The translations under genes were made by a program, and so were the position numbers. Below, piece by piece: positions 14,701 to 28,576 of a stretch of DNA of 64,000 bases. The DNA is taken from NCBI GenBank assembly GCA_051294375.1, contig CM119264.1, positions 6,059,621 through 6,123,620 of the forward strand, given 5' to 3'. The stretch's first letter is position 1; each line of letters begins with the position of its first letter. The notes under the pieces were generated by a model that saw nothing but the letters and a program-made list of their open reading frames with translations, was not told the origin of the DNA and made no database searches. This stretch comes from Paraspadella gotoi. Lineage: Eukaryota; Animalia; Chaetognatha.

Positions 14701-17331
14701 TGATTTTAAAAGAAAAGAGAGAGAGAGAGCGACATATAATTAAAACGTTTTTGTTTTGTAAAATAAAACATAAACAAATACGAATATTGATTATGAAATG
14801 AGAATTTTAAGATCTTGACCTTAGAAGCATTATGAAATTTCAACTCCCTTTGATATCACACTTTCAGAAGCCAGTGATTGCAAAACCGTGACCGAAGTAA
14901 ACCGAAATCAAACTCGATAATAGAGGATATTTGTTTGTTTTGATAAAATGTAACAAAACATTTAATAACTGCCTGACTCAATTTTAAGGACATCGAATGA
15001 GGACAGCTGAATAGTAAATTATAATTATTAATATAAAATTAATTATAATCTATATAATTAATTAATCTATTAATTAATTAATTAATCGTAGGCAGATCCG
15101 ACATTGGTTTCTCAAAACTTGTTTTTAGTCTAACTCGCATCAAGTCCACTTTACGTCTGGTCTGTCGGTCGGTAAATGTCTGGTCCGTTGTCTGTCCCAA
15201 CTTAAGTTAAAAATGCATATAATTTGCTTATAGTGATTGCACAATTTGTTAAGACAAAAAAAAAACCTCACCTATGGAACTGCGTGCTAGCGCTGCCTTC
15301 AGAATTCCTAAAACTATAAGGAATAAAATACGGAATTTTGTTGCAGTACATGTCTGAATACATGGGCAAAGTTTTTTTAGTCATGTTCACGGTCAATGTA
15401 TGTCATTTTCATGTGATAAAAGGAAATACACGTGGATATAAAGTTCCGCTGTCGGCGCAACACATTGGAATAACCGGTTCTTATTATTCTTTTTCTTTAT
15501 TCCTCTCTTTACCCCAACTGCCTCGACATCTGGCGTGGTTTATTTGGAAACGTTGGCGCCGTCGGAGGGCGGGCCGGGGCTGTAGACCCTTTTTTTCAGT
15601 ANNNNNNNNNNNNNNNNNNNNNNNNNGGGGGGGGTGGTGTGAGCGCCCTCAATCGCGTATTTGATTCAGTCACTTTCACTTTTTAAAAAGTCGAGGCTCA
15701 CTATGTACAATGTACGTACATGGACAATGTCATTGTACGTACATTGTCCACATTCATTTCTTCTCGTCTGGAGACTCTGCCTTTGGAGGTTTCACGGTCA
15801 ACGCCGATCAACCGTCTGCATTTATACTTAACTCTAATACAATCTACCGAGCCAACACAAACGATTCGTCCAGCACCAACGAAGTCACTGAACTATGAGG
15901 ATCTCTCAATCAGGACATAACATTCCCCGTTCTTGACTCGGAACAAATTCGCTTTTGACTCGCCCCAAACACTTGGCGAAAGTGACACTCACTCACTTAC
16001 CCTTTTTACCCGACACGACCTCGCGCATTCGCCTTTTGCTCACGCCCCTTACTCCCCCCCCTTCCCAGGACGTCAGACAATCATCCCATCACCATTTCAT
16101 TTGCCCTTTCCCCCCCCTGATCCCCCCCCTGATCCCCCCCCTCATTTCCACAGCCAGGCCGATCGTCGCTGCCCACTTTTCCCTTAATCCTCTCGGTCGT
16201 TTGCGGCGGCGAAAGGCAGATTCGTCGTTGATGACTGATTAGACTCTCGAGTGGAAACGAAAGACGCTCCCTGGCGCGACGCGGCTTGACGGTGACGGAT
16301 TAATCGGCTGAGATTCGTTTCATGCGCGACGGAGATGCGTGCGCGGCGCGGCGCACGGAACAGATCCGACGCCACGCAAGACGTTGGTGAACGGTGATAC
16401 GCACGCGCGTTCCAAAGGTCGATTTCGACATTGGGAAGCGATGATGCTTCGAACGTGCGAGGTCTCGCCGGAGCCGTTACCCAATTTATTCGTGCGACGG
16501 ATAATGGGAAGAACGGACGATTAATATCGCGATATCGTTAATAATTCGTTATACATCGTTATATCCGGTTTTTTATTTTACTATGATGTGCGGTTGGCGG
16601 GATCGAGTCCTGCGAAGGTTGAACATAATTCCTACCGAATAGTACACCATCTGAATCGTTCGTTCTAATGTTATTTACGATATGGTTTTTCTTTTTTTAA
16701 GTTCAGCGGCGTGATCTTTCTTCGCAAGGACCGAGAAAAACCAAGACGAGCCTGGACGAGGATATAACTGCTAATTCGTTTCTTAAGAACAATTTAAAAA
16801 AAAAGGAAAAAAAAACCTTTTTTTCGCACGAAATTCCGTTGACTGGTCATTAACGACCAACTTGGATCATTGGATCGGGTCAGAGGTCAAATCGATAAAA
16901 TCGCGGGTCGAAAAGAGGTCTCGTCGGGTCGAAGGTCAAATGAAATTCCGTCGAATCGGGGTTGAGAAACGTCTATCTAGGGGTAGAGGGTTTCATCGAG
17001 GAAAGGGAATGCTTACGGGGAAAAAAAAGGGAATGCTGAAAAGGTAAAGGAAATGCTGAAAGGGGAGGAGGCCGAGGTGAGTGAGAATGAAGAAACTCAT
17101 GAAAAATTAATTAAGACGCAGGTTCACTCGAAAGTAGATCTTTCGGTCACCCTCCCGTTGTTTAACTCACGGACCAAAAATGCTTGCTTGCTTGCTTTTT
17201 CTTTATTTATTTATTGCATACTGACCCGGACTAATCCGCCTTATTTGTCTGTCAGTCGAACCTCGCAACTAGATCCCGTTGCAACGTAAATCAAAGCCAC
17301 CGCAAACAAGAGACGAAAAGCAGAAAAAGCT

Positions 17332-17408
<77 letters not shown>

Positions 17409-17572
17409 TGCGTATAGTTTTTATGGTTTTGCACAAAAGTGTTTTTCGTTTTCTTTTTCCTTCGAAGAATCGAAAACGGGGATTTGCATAGGGAGGAGGA
17501 TTAGTTTATCCGACGAGAAGGAAAACCGAGAGAGAGAACGAGAGAGACGACGAGAGAGAGAGAGAGAGAGGC

Positions 17573-17608
<36 letters not shown>

Positions 17609-18981
17609 TGAGAGAGAACCCAAATACAGAGAGAACAGACTGGTTAGAAGGAAATGGCGAGCCAGAAATATAAAAAAAAATTATTGCTGACCTCATTTCG
17701 TCTTCATTGACTCCCCGGAAGGTCATTTTTGGGAGGTCTCTCGAATCAAATGAGAGAGAGAGAGCAGAGAGAGTAGTAGCAGAGAGAGAGAGAGAGAGAG
17801 AAAAAATTGAATATTGAACATTTATCTGAGTGGGGCTTTAGGCACTAACTTAGACCCTTAAAAGCGACTTAGATAACTCTGATGTGAGTTTTTAAGATAT
17901 TAAAAACGTTTTAAACTGTTAAAACTTTGGTAGAAAGTAAACGGCTTGAGTACTTAAGGCTATGTTTGGACATCTTATGAACATACTTGCTATCTAATTT
18001 AAAGATTTAAGGTAAAGAACAATGATTATGAAACCTTTCCAATTTGAAATTTATGCAGAAGTCTTTTCTTTCCAGAGAGAGAGAGGGAGACTGAGTAAAA
18101 AATCAAAGCTTCTCTGACCGATTTTTAATATGCCACTTTGGCATCAGAGGAACAGTTATTGGACCATAGTATACGTATTTCGTTTTTTTTAAATCCTGCT
18201 TCTCACAATCTCTTTTCTCTAGTTGACGCTCTCCTAAATCCTTCCGGAGTTAGATATTTTATAATTTGTACACATTTTAGTGATAAATTTTATCATTATA
18301 TTTTTATTGGTTTTCTTTGTCATCATGGAGAAAAGCATCAAACGTGTAAAGTCGTTTCACAAAGCATATGTATGTGGCAAGTCACTGCCGCAACCATTTA
18401 CACTCAAGAAAATGCGAATATGATCGCGATGAATATGATTGATCGACCACTCTCGTCCACTGGTCACTTTTCACTCTGGCCGTCATCCACTCCCGCCCTC
18501 AATAACCACCCACGCCCCTAATGGTCGCTTTAATAAGCGACAGTGGATTCAGCGACGCCTAGCGGCCATTTTCATAACGACGGGTTTTATCTCGTCCGAA
18601 GTCCAAGCTCCCTTGTCGTTGTTGTCGTCATCATTATCGCAATCGTCAGTATTGTAAATTTTGAAATTCGACGATCGTAGATTTCATTGCAAAGTCATTG
18701 TAATCGAAATCATAATTACATTGTCCTTCTGTTTACACGTTAATATTATTAGCGATCCCCTCATTGACGACTGCCGTCGTCTTCATCATCAGCGTCGTCG
18801 TCGTTGTCGTCGTCGTAAAGATGGAGTAGAATCGGCGCCGATGGAAAGACCTTCTTTCCGGTCGATCGGACTGCGACGATTCGAAGGTCGAACATCATTT
18901 CTGTTCCATGACTTCGAACGTCATTTCCGTTCATCGTGGATCGAAGATCATTTGACTCATTTTTAGTAAAGCTCAAAGCAA

Positions 18982-19016
<35 letters not shown>

Positions 19017-19330
19017 NNNNNNNNNNNNNNNNNNNNNNNNNNNNNNNNNNNNNNNNNNNNNNNNNNNNNNNNNNNNNNNNNNNNNNNNNNNNNNNNNNNN
19101 NNNNNNNNNNNNNNNNNNNNNNNNNNNNNNNNNNNNNNNNNNNNNNNNNNNNNNNNNNNNNNNNNNNNNNNNNNNNNNNNNNNNNNNNNNNNNNNNNNNN
19201 NNNNNNNNNNNNNNNNNNNNNNNNNNNNNNNNNNNNNNNNNNNNNNNNNNNNNNNNNNNNNNNNNNNNNNNNNNNNNNNNNNNNNNTGGTTTTGATAAAG
19301 ATTTATTGTTCTAAAAACCATGCGGTCAAC
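11720..19330 (+). repeat. Direct duplicate of 1-7752; fragments of a third version at 7778-7900 and 8041-8120
   Basis: Colinear from atccctaatctattgtc (61 / 11783) to accatgcggtca (7741 / 19317). Differences are mostly scattered 1-nt indels; both copies end next to N-gaps. Confidence 0.95.
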
Positions 19331-22300
19331 CTCAACAACAAATTATGAGCATAGAGAGAGAGAGAGAGAGNNNNNNNNNNNNNNNNNNNNNNNNNNNNNN
19401 NNNNNNNNNNNNNNNNNNNNNNNNNNNNNNNNNNNNNNNNNNNNNNNNNNNNNNNNNNNNNNNNNNNNNNNNNNNNNNNNNNNNNNNNNNNNNNNNNNNN
19501 NNNNNNNNNNNNNNNNNNNNNNNNNNNNNNNNNNNNNNNNNNNNNNNNNNNNNNNNNNNNNNNNNNNNNNNNNNNNNNNNNNNNNNNNNNNNNNNNNNNN
19601 NNAAGCAAGCCGCGGGAAGATTGAGGGCTTCAAAAACCAATGTTCAGAGGAATAATTTTAGTTTANNNNNNNNNNTACATATGAAATATTCATGATATTC
19701 AATAGGAGACGAAACCAAATTCTTCCCCTGAAAAAAAATTTTTTTTGCTTAAAAGATATAACTCCTAGTGTACGACGACAACGACAACGACAACGACAAC
19801 GAAAACGACTGTTGGATTCAAATTTTATTCGTACGAATCGAAAGATTTGCAAATAGAATCATTAACATATTTTACAGTTTCATTTATTTTTTACTTTAAA
19901 AATGTATTCATACAAAACTGAATATCATTTAGTAATTTACATTAAAAAATTGTCAGATAGGAAACGAAACATACTTTTTTTTGTTTAATTCTGTTTTATT
20001 TTGCTTCTCATCGTTTTGTCTTCAACTTGAGAATTCCCGGGTTAATTTTCCCGCTCTCTCGCTTTGTCTCTGAGAAGTGAGAAGTACTTCTATTTTTGAA
20101 GAGTGTGAAACCTAACTAACCAAAGAAAGAAAATAGATTCACGAGTATTCAGCAAGACCTATGATTTTGTATAACAAGTAATTAAATTTCTCTTCAACTA
20201 TTTCAATATGTATCACTACTCAAAATTAAATATTGAAATAAAATCTTTTTCTCCAAACGTCTCTTCATTATCGACATTGACCTATGACAACACTTTATTT
20301 TTTTAGATCTTTTTTAATTTCTTCAACTTTTCCCTTTCCTTTTTTTCTCCCTCTCCTTTCTATTTTTCCCTCTCCTTTCCCTCTCCTTTCTCCCTCTCCT
20401 GTCTTTAACTTTCTCCCTTTCCTTTTTTTTCTCTTTCCTTTTTTTTCTCGTTCCTTTTTTTCTCTCTTTCCTTTTTTTCTCCCTTTCCTTTTTTTTCTCC
20501 CTTTCCTTTTTCTCCTATTTTCTTTTTGACCTTCAAAAGAAGAAAGAAAACATTCATCGCCATCTATTTTAACGCCTTTTTCGTGTNNNNNNNNNNNNNN
20601 NNNNNNNNNNNNNNNNNNNNNNNNNNNNNNNNNNNNNNNNNNNNNNNNNNNNNNNNNNNNNNNNNNNNNNNNNNNNNNNNNNNNNNNNNNNNNNNNNNNN
20701 NNNNNNNNNNNNNNNNNNNNNNNNNNNNNNNNNNNNNNNNNNNNNNNNNNNNNNNNNNNNNNNNNNNNNNNNNNNNNNNNNNNNNNNNNNNNNNNNNNNN
20801 NNNNNNNNNNNNNNNNNNNNNNNNNNNNNNNAAAAAAAAACTCACGAAACTTTCTCTTCAAAACATTTAATTTCACAAAAAACTGATTTACTGGCAAAAA
20901 CGAAATTGAATTGTCAGTCCTGTGCAAATTTTCCCCTTCGTATGTGTTGATTGGCCTCGCGACAGATATTCCACTATGCAAATATGCGGTCGTGCAAGGC
21001 TTTGATGGAAACCAGCGTCCAAAATTACTGAAAAAAACACTGGCAGATTATATTGACTTAACTTACAGTCGAAAGTGTTTTGTTACAATTCTAGAAAACG
21101 TTTTGTTTCTAAAAAAAAAGTTTAACGACTGACTGACCGACCTACCTGAACGAAAAAGACAAAAAATATACACAATCAGTTAATTCACAGTCTCATTAAC
21201 CTATTAACCCATGACCTCACCTCGCCACCGACCTACCTACTATTACTATATTTAATTCGTTTTAATTTTCTCGTCCGGAGAGACGATCAACTCCGGACCG
21301 ACGTCGAAACCCCGAAAGCATCAAAGGCGAATGGAAGGAATACAAATGGCCGGTTTATGTTGGAAGGCAATGGAAGGGGGGGGCGGAGATAGGGGGGATG
21401 GAAGGGGGGCGAGGGAGCAGACGAGGCCTCGTTAACAGGCAAATAACTACGGGCGAATAACTACAGGCGGTACAAGTCGAGACGACCGGCGAGAAGGAAA
21501 ACAAAATCGAGGGAGATGTCAATCAATCAAGGGTAAGAGATAAGGGATCAAGCAATCCGCTTTGAATTAATTGACTGAATCAAAGATTAATCCGCCTTTT
21601 TGCAGCGACTGATATCGAAAGATTGACTATGACGAAATTGAACAGTTTGCTTTATCAAAAAATGAGGGAGTGAATTTATTTTTTGAATTATTTGTTTCAT
21701 TCCACTTTAAGTTTTAAGTTTTAAAAAAGAAATTAGTTCAGTTAAAATGAGCTGGGTCTCATGCCCGGTTAACCAAGCACAGAAAGAGAGAAACAGAGAG
21801 CGAGAGAGTCAGAGAGTCGAAAGGAGAGATTGAGCGCGAGAAAAAAAAAAACAAAAAAACAAACGAGCTCACCCGGCGAAACGAGTTACGTTAAATCATT
21901 TCTCCGTCCGTAACAAATCACGTCATTGTCGTATATGCTTTTCGTCGTTACCCNNNNNNNNNNATCTTTCTCCCTTTTACAAGATTTTTTTTCCCTTCGT
22001 ATTTTTCCTTACTATTTTACTATCTCCTTCACTCAAATTCAATTTTGATAGTTTCGATTTTATTCTATTTTGCTTCACTGTTAAATTTTAACTTTACACT
22101 GCCTCACTGTCCTACCCTGCACATTATTTCAACTTTAATTTTATCCTGTATTCTTACTATTCCATTACTAAAACTCATTATTCCTTTTAATTTCACTATT
22201 TTCACTCACTATTTCCATTTTCATACTTTGTCTATTTTAACACACCATTTCGCTTTTTATTAATTCACTATTTCAACTCTCCCATTACTATTTTAACTCA

Positions 22301-23225
22301 CCATTTCCGACTTCTGATTCACGAATTCAACTTACCATTTCGATTTTCATTGAATCACTATTTTTACTCACTATTTCGATTTTTTGTTTACTTTTTAACG
22401 CACAATTTCGATCTTTTCTCCTAAAAAAAAACTACCATCTCTCTCTTTTTACTTAGCATTTCATCCTTTACAATTTCTTTCCCCCCTCTCTTTCACCGAT
22501 GGATTCGAATCGCGCATTCATTTACTAACCCTCCCCTCCTTGACCCGTGAGCCGATCCTCGATCTCAGCATCTCTTTCTCGCGCCTTTTTCTTCACTCGC
22601 TCTTCTTCCCGGCCTCCTCTTCCTTCTCTCCTTTACGCTGCGCCTTTCTGTCCTCATCCTTTCCTTACTCGAGAGAGCAGCTGCTCCGATGTTTCCAGGC
22701 CTTGGCCAAAGACGGTCGAGGGGGAAAAACCACTCTCCCGCTACCTTTGACCTCTAAACATCATCCCCCTCTCTCGCTATCTCCCTCTTGTTCATAGAAA
22801 CTCTGAAAAGTCGAAAACAAAACAGATTCGTTGACCGCTCCCTTCTCTCTCTCTCTGGACTTCGTCTTCACGTATCTGCGCTTCGTTCTCCCTCTCGCCT
22901 TCTTGAACTTTCGTCTCTCTCTCTTTCTCTCTCTCTCTTCTCTCTTCTCTCTTTCTCTCTTCTTCGCAGAGGCGTCCGCGTAGGAAATAAAAAAACCAGA
23001 TCTGACTAGCTCCCTCTCGCCGCTGAGTTTGCCCCCCCTCTTTTCTCTCTCTCTCTTCTCTCTCTATCTCTCTCTCCTTGCTCCCTCCTCTCTCCCTCTC
23101 ACTATCTCTCTCTCTTGCTCTCTCTCTCTCCCTCTCCCTCTCTCTCACTTCTTTTCTCTCTCGTATCTTCTCTCCCTCTCCCTCCCTCTCCCCGTTTCTT
23201 CTTGGTTTCTTTGTCCTGTCTCAGA

Positions 23226-24508
23226 ATGGATACCATTCAATATGAGGATGAATTCTCTCAATTTTATGAGGAAGCTCCCTGGACCGACGTTGTTTCCCAA
23301 TCTATTTCAAACATAGAAAACAGGTTTGAGAAATTAGAAAAGGTTCTACTAGACAAAATAGTAGGCGTGTATGAGTCCAGAATAGATCAATGGGATGCAA
23401 GATATTCACAACTTCGATCTTTGTATGACAAAAGAGGAGACGGACTTCTTGAGAGCAAACAAAAGCTTTATGACGTAACTCAAGAGCTAAAAGAAACAAA
23501 GGAGGAACTTTCAGGGATGAAAAACCAGAACGAAAAAATTTCGCAAATTCAGTTTAAACTTGACAAAGGAAAGAATGAACTTTGCAAAAAAGAACAAGAA
23601 CTCTATGACATCAAGAGAGAACTAAAGGAAACTAAAGAAAAACTAGCAGAAATGAAAAACCTAAATGATAAAATTTCAAAAATTCAGTTGAAACTCGACA
23701 AAAGAAACAAGGAACTTAGTGAAAAAGAACAAGAACTTTGCATCATAAAGCGGGAGCTAAAAGAAACAAAGGAAAAGGTTATGCAAGTAGAAAATGAAAA
23801 TAAAAAAAATTCACAGTTACAAATAAAATTTGATGAAAAAGATCATGAACTTAGCATAAAAGAAAAGGAACTTAGTGACCTCAAATTAGAGCTAAAAGAA
23901 AAAAAAGAAAGGCCGTCAGAAACGAAGTCGCCACACGCCGCAACCTTGGCAACTAACGATAGTAAAGAATCTCCTCTCCCTCCTGTCTTTCCTCCCTCTA
24001 CCACAGCCTCCAACTATAAAGAAATGTCTTTGGCGGCAATCCTTCCATCATCTAATCGAAAAACCGCGCGAAGGAGATATGCGCTAATAATGAAAGCCCC
24101 AACTCCTACAAAATCACCCAAAATTTTCCTTTCCCCGCAACCTTTAAAATCTGTGACTTGCCTTTTTTGTGGGAAAAATCACTCGGTCACTCAATGCTTT
24201 AAGTTCAGAACTCTTCATTTTAATGACAAGAAATTATTTGCTACAAACCATCGACTTTGTTTTAGATGTCTGACGCCCGGTCATGTCTCCAAGCATTGTC
24301 GGTCTAATGGTCGTTGTTTCGTCTGCAATGGGTTTCACCATTCCTCACTTCACGATTCATCTTTCCAAAAATTTCCCAAAAATATGTCAATACGGAATGT
24401 ACAAACCTCTGCCTTAAAAATTATCTCTGAGTCACCCTCCATGTTAAATCCTATGATGATGTCAACTCTACCAGAAAGAACAACTCTAACATCAACATCA
24501 ACTCCGAC
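23226..24508 (+). CDS. Coiled-coil protein with Bel/Pao Gag-type triple zinc knuckle; 3' end lost in a gap
   Basis: Uninterrupted ORF of more than 420 codons. About 3.3 copies of a 45-aa (135-bp) coiled-coil repeat, then CLFCGKNHSVTQC, LCFRCLTPGHVSKHC and CFVCNGFHHSSLH, the three-knuckle arrangement of Bel/Pao Gag. Confidence 0.78.
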
Positions 24509-24844
24509 NNNNNNNNNNNNNNNNNNNNNNNNNNNNNNNNNNNNNNNNNNNNNNNNNNNNNNNNNNNNNNNNNNNNNNNNNNNNNNNNNNNNNNNNNNNN
24601 NNNNNNNNTACCTTAGGTCTATACCAAATAATTAATTAAATTTATGAAAGTTTGAACCCGAGTTAAGCATTTTTTAATGTTTGGATTGACAGACAGACAA
24701 TACCGACGATCGACGGAACGAACCGATAAAGTGACGGAGTACGCGGCGCAAAAAATCGAAGGAATTGACAAAAATAAATGGACATTTGGACAATGTGAGA
24801 CTAATACCAAGGACATCAAGTGGACAAGATAACATTCATGGAAG

Positions 24845-27800
24845 AAGAGAGAGAGAGAGGAGGAGAGAGAGGAGGAGAGAGAGAGATGAGCAGAGAGAGA
24901 GAGAGAGAGAGAGGGAGAATTAGAGTGGAAAGATGAAGAGATACCTGACTTTCTGCATCTTTCTCATAACTTAGACCTTCTCCTGCTTCACTTCATCTTC
25001 TCGTCTACTCGTCTTTTTGTGTGTAAAAGAGTTTTAAACTACAAAGGGTTAATGACGATATTTCAGGACATTACTCCCTATATTTCCATATGTTCAACAC
25101 TGTCATTCGAATCAATCGAATGGAGGACTCTCCCCAGCTAAGAGAGGCGGAAGTCTCTGTGATCCCGACAGGACTGAAAAAGGGAGGACGAACCACAAAG
25201 CGAAATCGAATTGACGAAGGAGGGACTCTTCAAGCCTTGGAGAGCAGGGAAGACGAGACCGAAAGGAGCGAATAGGCCCTACTCGGGATCGAAGGATCCG
25301 AGGCTGGAGCGAGGGGACGAATAGCTAAGAGAAATGAAGAAGGCGAAACGAAGGAGAGAGAAAGGAAGATAAGACAGGGCGAAAGGGTGACTGAAGGGAC
25401 GGAAGTGACGAAGGGACGAAGGGACGAAGGGACGAAGGGACGAAGGGACGAAGGGACAAGGACGAAAAGGGAGGGACAAGACGAAGGTACGAAGGGACGA
25501 GAAGGAACGAAGGGAGGAAGAGGGACGACGAGTGGACCGAAGGTGACGAAGGGGAGAAGGGACGAAAGGACGAAGGATTAAAAGTAGGCGGAGGCGAAAG
25601 GATCGAACGGACAGGAAAGGGACGGAAGGGAAGGACGAAAGGCACCGGAAGGGACGAAGGAAACAAAGGACGAAAGGGACGAGGGACGAAGGACGAAGGG
25701 GACGAAAGGAACTGAAAGGGACGAAGGGACGAAGAGGACGAAGGACGAAAGAGGCGGCCGGCGGCACGCGCGTTACGAGAGAACTCGGAGCAATTGACCG
25801 TCCTCGTTCGCGCTTCTTTCGTCCATTGGGCTCCGGCTAACGGACCCCGCCCACATTCCCCCCCCCGGCGACTCCCCCAGCGGCGCATAACTTATTCTCT
25901 TTTTTTTCCCCCATCAACTTCGGGACCCACCCCAATCACTCCCTCCCCCACCCAAACAAATCCCCTCTCACCAACTCACCCATTTGGGCTTGGGCTTTTT
26001 CTGAAAGGTCCCACCAAGAGCCTCCTCGCCTCGAACCTCAAACGGCCAGCAGATTGTGAAGCAATGAGAAGAGCGGCCCCAATGGATTGGCCGTCACGGA
26101 AAAACGACATGACGGGTGACTGTGGAGGACGGAGGTTGGCGAACGTCCATGAACCCAGTTCCCTCGTTCCACATGGTTAGTAGTCCTTCTCCCACTGAGG
26201 CATGGCGTCGTAGCGGGCTCCGTCTCCGTTCGGCGTCGCAGGTCGCGCCGAGATCACGTGGCGGCTGAAGACGTGCTTGTTTCCCTCTCCTGCGCCGCCC
26301 GCAGCCGCGCCGCAGCTCCCAGCTGCTCCGCCTGCAGCTTTGTTCAGTTTTCTCTTTTGCGCTCGGGAGCCGGAGCAAGTAGAGTGATTTTTGACCTAGA
26401 AATGATATTATAAATATTATAAAATAGTTATAAATCACAAATTTAAAGTCAGAAATATATACCAGTGATGAATCATCGGATTAGCCTTATATACCGCTTA
26501 ATTATTGTAGGCAGATCCTACATGGGTTGCTCAAACTGTCTTTTATTGTCCGAGTCATCGATTTGTTTTTTCTGTTTATGTCCTGTGTCTGGATATCTTA
26601 AGAGGTGTCTCTCCGGTCTGGTTTCCTGTCTCCTGGTGGCTCTCGTCTCCGTCCTACCCAACCTGTAAATATCGCTAATCGCTTGCCAGATGAGGGCGAC
26701 CCTAACTAACATAGCGACGCGCCGTCCTCGACGACGAGGTCCCAAACTGTCGCCCCCGAAGGAGGGGAATTAGTCGGTTTTGACGGGCGACTCCAAATCC
26801 TGTCTTCTTGGTCTCCTTTTTGAGCGGAACTTCTTCCGTGAAGAATCCGCGGACGTAGACCTGAGAAGGGGGACCACTGGGTGTCGTGTGGGCTGTAAGG
26901 TTACCATTCGCTACTCAGAGAAAGGGTGAATCCGAAACACTACAAGACAAGGAAGCATCAGTGCAACGATGGCGTTTGACGCGGGGCGGTCAATTTCACA
27001 ATGGCATAATGCCACTGGTCAGATTTCACGTTATCATTTGAAACGCTTGTGGCGGTCAGTGCTGTAAAGGAAACTCAAAAAAAAACCCTCAGAATCAAGA
27101 TTTATTAAAAGCAAGTTTATGGTCGACAGTTTAATGATGCACTTGGCAACATCAGTGTCAGTGTCACAATGACGTTTTTGAAATCATTGGTGGTTAAGAT
27201 GGCGTGTTGTAGTTGAGGGTTCCGTTGTCCGGAAAAGTAAACCGAAACGTACAAACAGAAGAAGCATTTCAGTGCTGATGGCGTTGACGATGGGGGGTCA
27301 ATTTCTAAACAATGGCATTAATGCCACTGTCAGATTCACGTTTCATTTGAAAACCGTGTGGCTCAGTAGTCCGTAAAGGAATAAAATTTATGGTCGCACA
27401 GTTATGATGGCATTTGCAACTATCAGTGTAGTGTCCACAAACTCGGCAATGACATTTGAAATCATTCGGTGTCACGTAAGAGGCGTGTTTAATTAACTAT
27501 TGGTTGCATCAAGTGTCACTACATGACAGTTGAACTACATCCGCGTCTGTGTCACGTCGTGCACGTTGTCCCAACGACGCGACTGTGAAATTTAACCACT
27601 GTGTTCAGTTGGTCACATGATTCTGAACCATGTGACGTCACTTGTCACGATGGCGGTCTCTTTTCCATTTATTCTGCTTTCCAACCCTTCCTTTTTTCCC
27701 AACCATTTCTTTCTCGCAGAAAACGGCGCTGGAAGAGAAAAAACGGAGGCGGCCTCAAAACGGGAGAATCCTTTGGGAGATAATAAGAACTCGTTCCCTC

Positions 27801-27900
27801 AGCTCGAGAGTGAGAACTCCCATTTAGTCTCTAAACGGACGGAAGAGAGAGAAGCAATTCCCGTAGGCTTTTTCTTCCTTTTTCCTGGCATATTCCTTCC
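24845..27900 (+). repeat. Indel-riddled direct duplicate of about 37335-39870, including frameshifted copies of the anoctamin TM6 and TM7-8 exons
   Basis: Colinear match with dense single-base insertions, beginning shortly after an N-gap. Confidence 0.92.
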
Positions 27901-28309
27901 TTTCTTTTTCATTTCTGTCTTTCTTTCTTGTCTTCTTTCTTTTCTTATCTTTGTCCTTCTTATTTTCCTATCTCTTTTTTCTCTTTTCTTCTTTTCTTCT
28001 TTTTTTCTTTTTTTTACTTTCTTTTGGTTTTTTTTATTTTTTTTTTCCCTTTTCTTTGTTTTTTTTTTCCTTTCTTCTTCCTCTTTTTTCCTTCTTTCTG
28101 TAACATAAGACCTTTAACATTATTAAGTTAAGTAACGTGATCACATTAAAAAGCGAGAACTTGACCCAAAATTTAATGCAGCTTAAATTTGGTTGCTCGG
28201 TTGGTCGGATCTTAGTGACGAAATTGAGATGAAGTGCGTGTCTAACATAGATTGGAATTACCGTTCTCGTTTTCAAGTTTTCCACGCCCCGCCCTCCATC
28301 TCCATCCAG

Positions 28310-28523
28310 GTGACGGTGGTGCCCATCTGGTCAGAGGTGATCAATTACGTGAGCTACGTCGCCCTCGTCACCAACGCCGTCATCATCTGTTGGTCCATGG
28401 AATTCATCGACTACAACGTCTGGAGATTCAAATACGAACATCAAGAGGATTTCTTTCAGTTTTCCTTTTCGCAATTCTTGCTGCTCGATTTCAGCAACGA
28501 TACGCGGCCGGAGCAAGGTAGGG

Positions 28524-28576
<53 letters not shown>

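Noticed and set aside
25950-26870. Anoctamin pseudogene or paralogue
   Set aside because: Introns and exons are equally similar to 38.0-38.9 kb and differ mainly by single-base insertions; better explained as an uncorrected read of the same locus.
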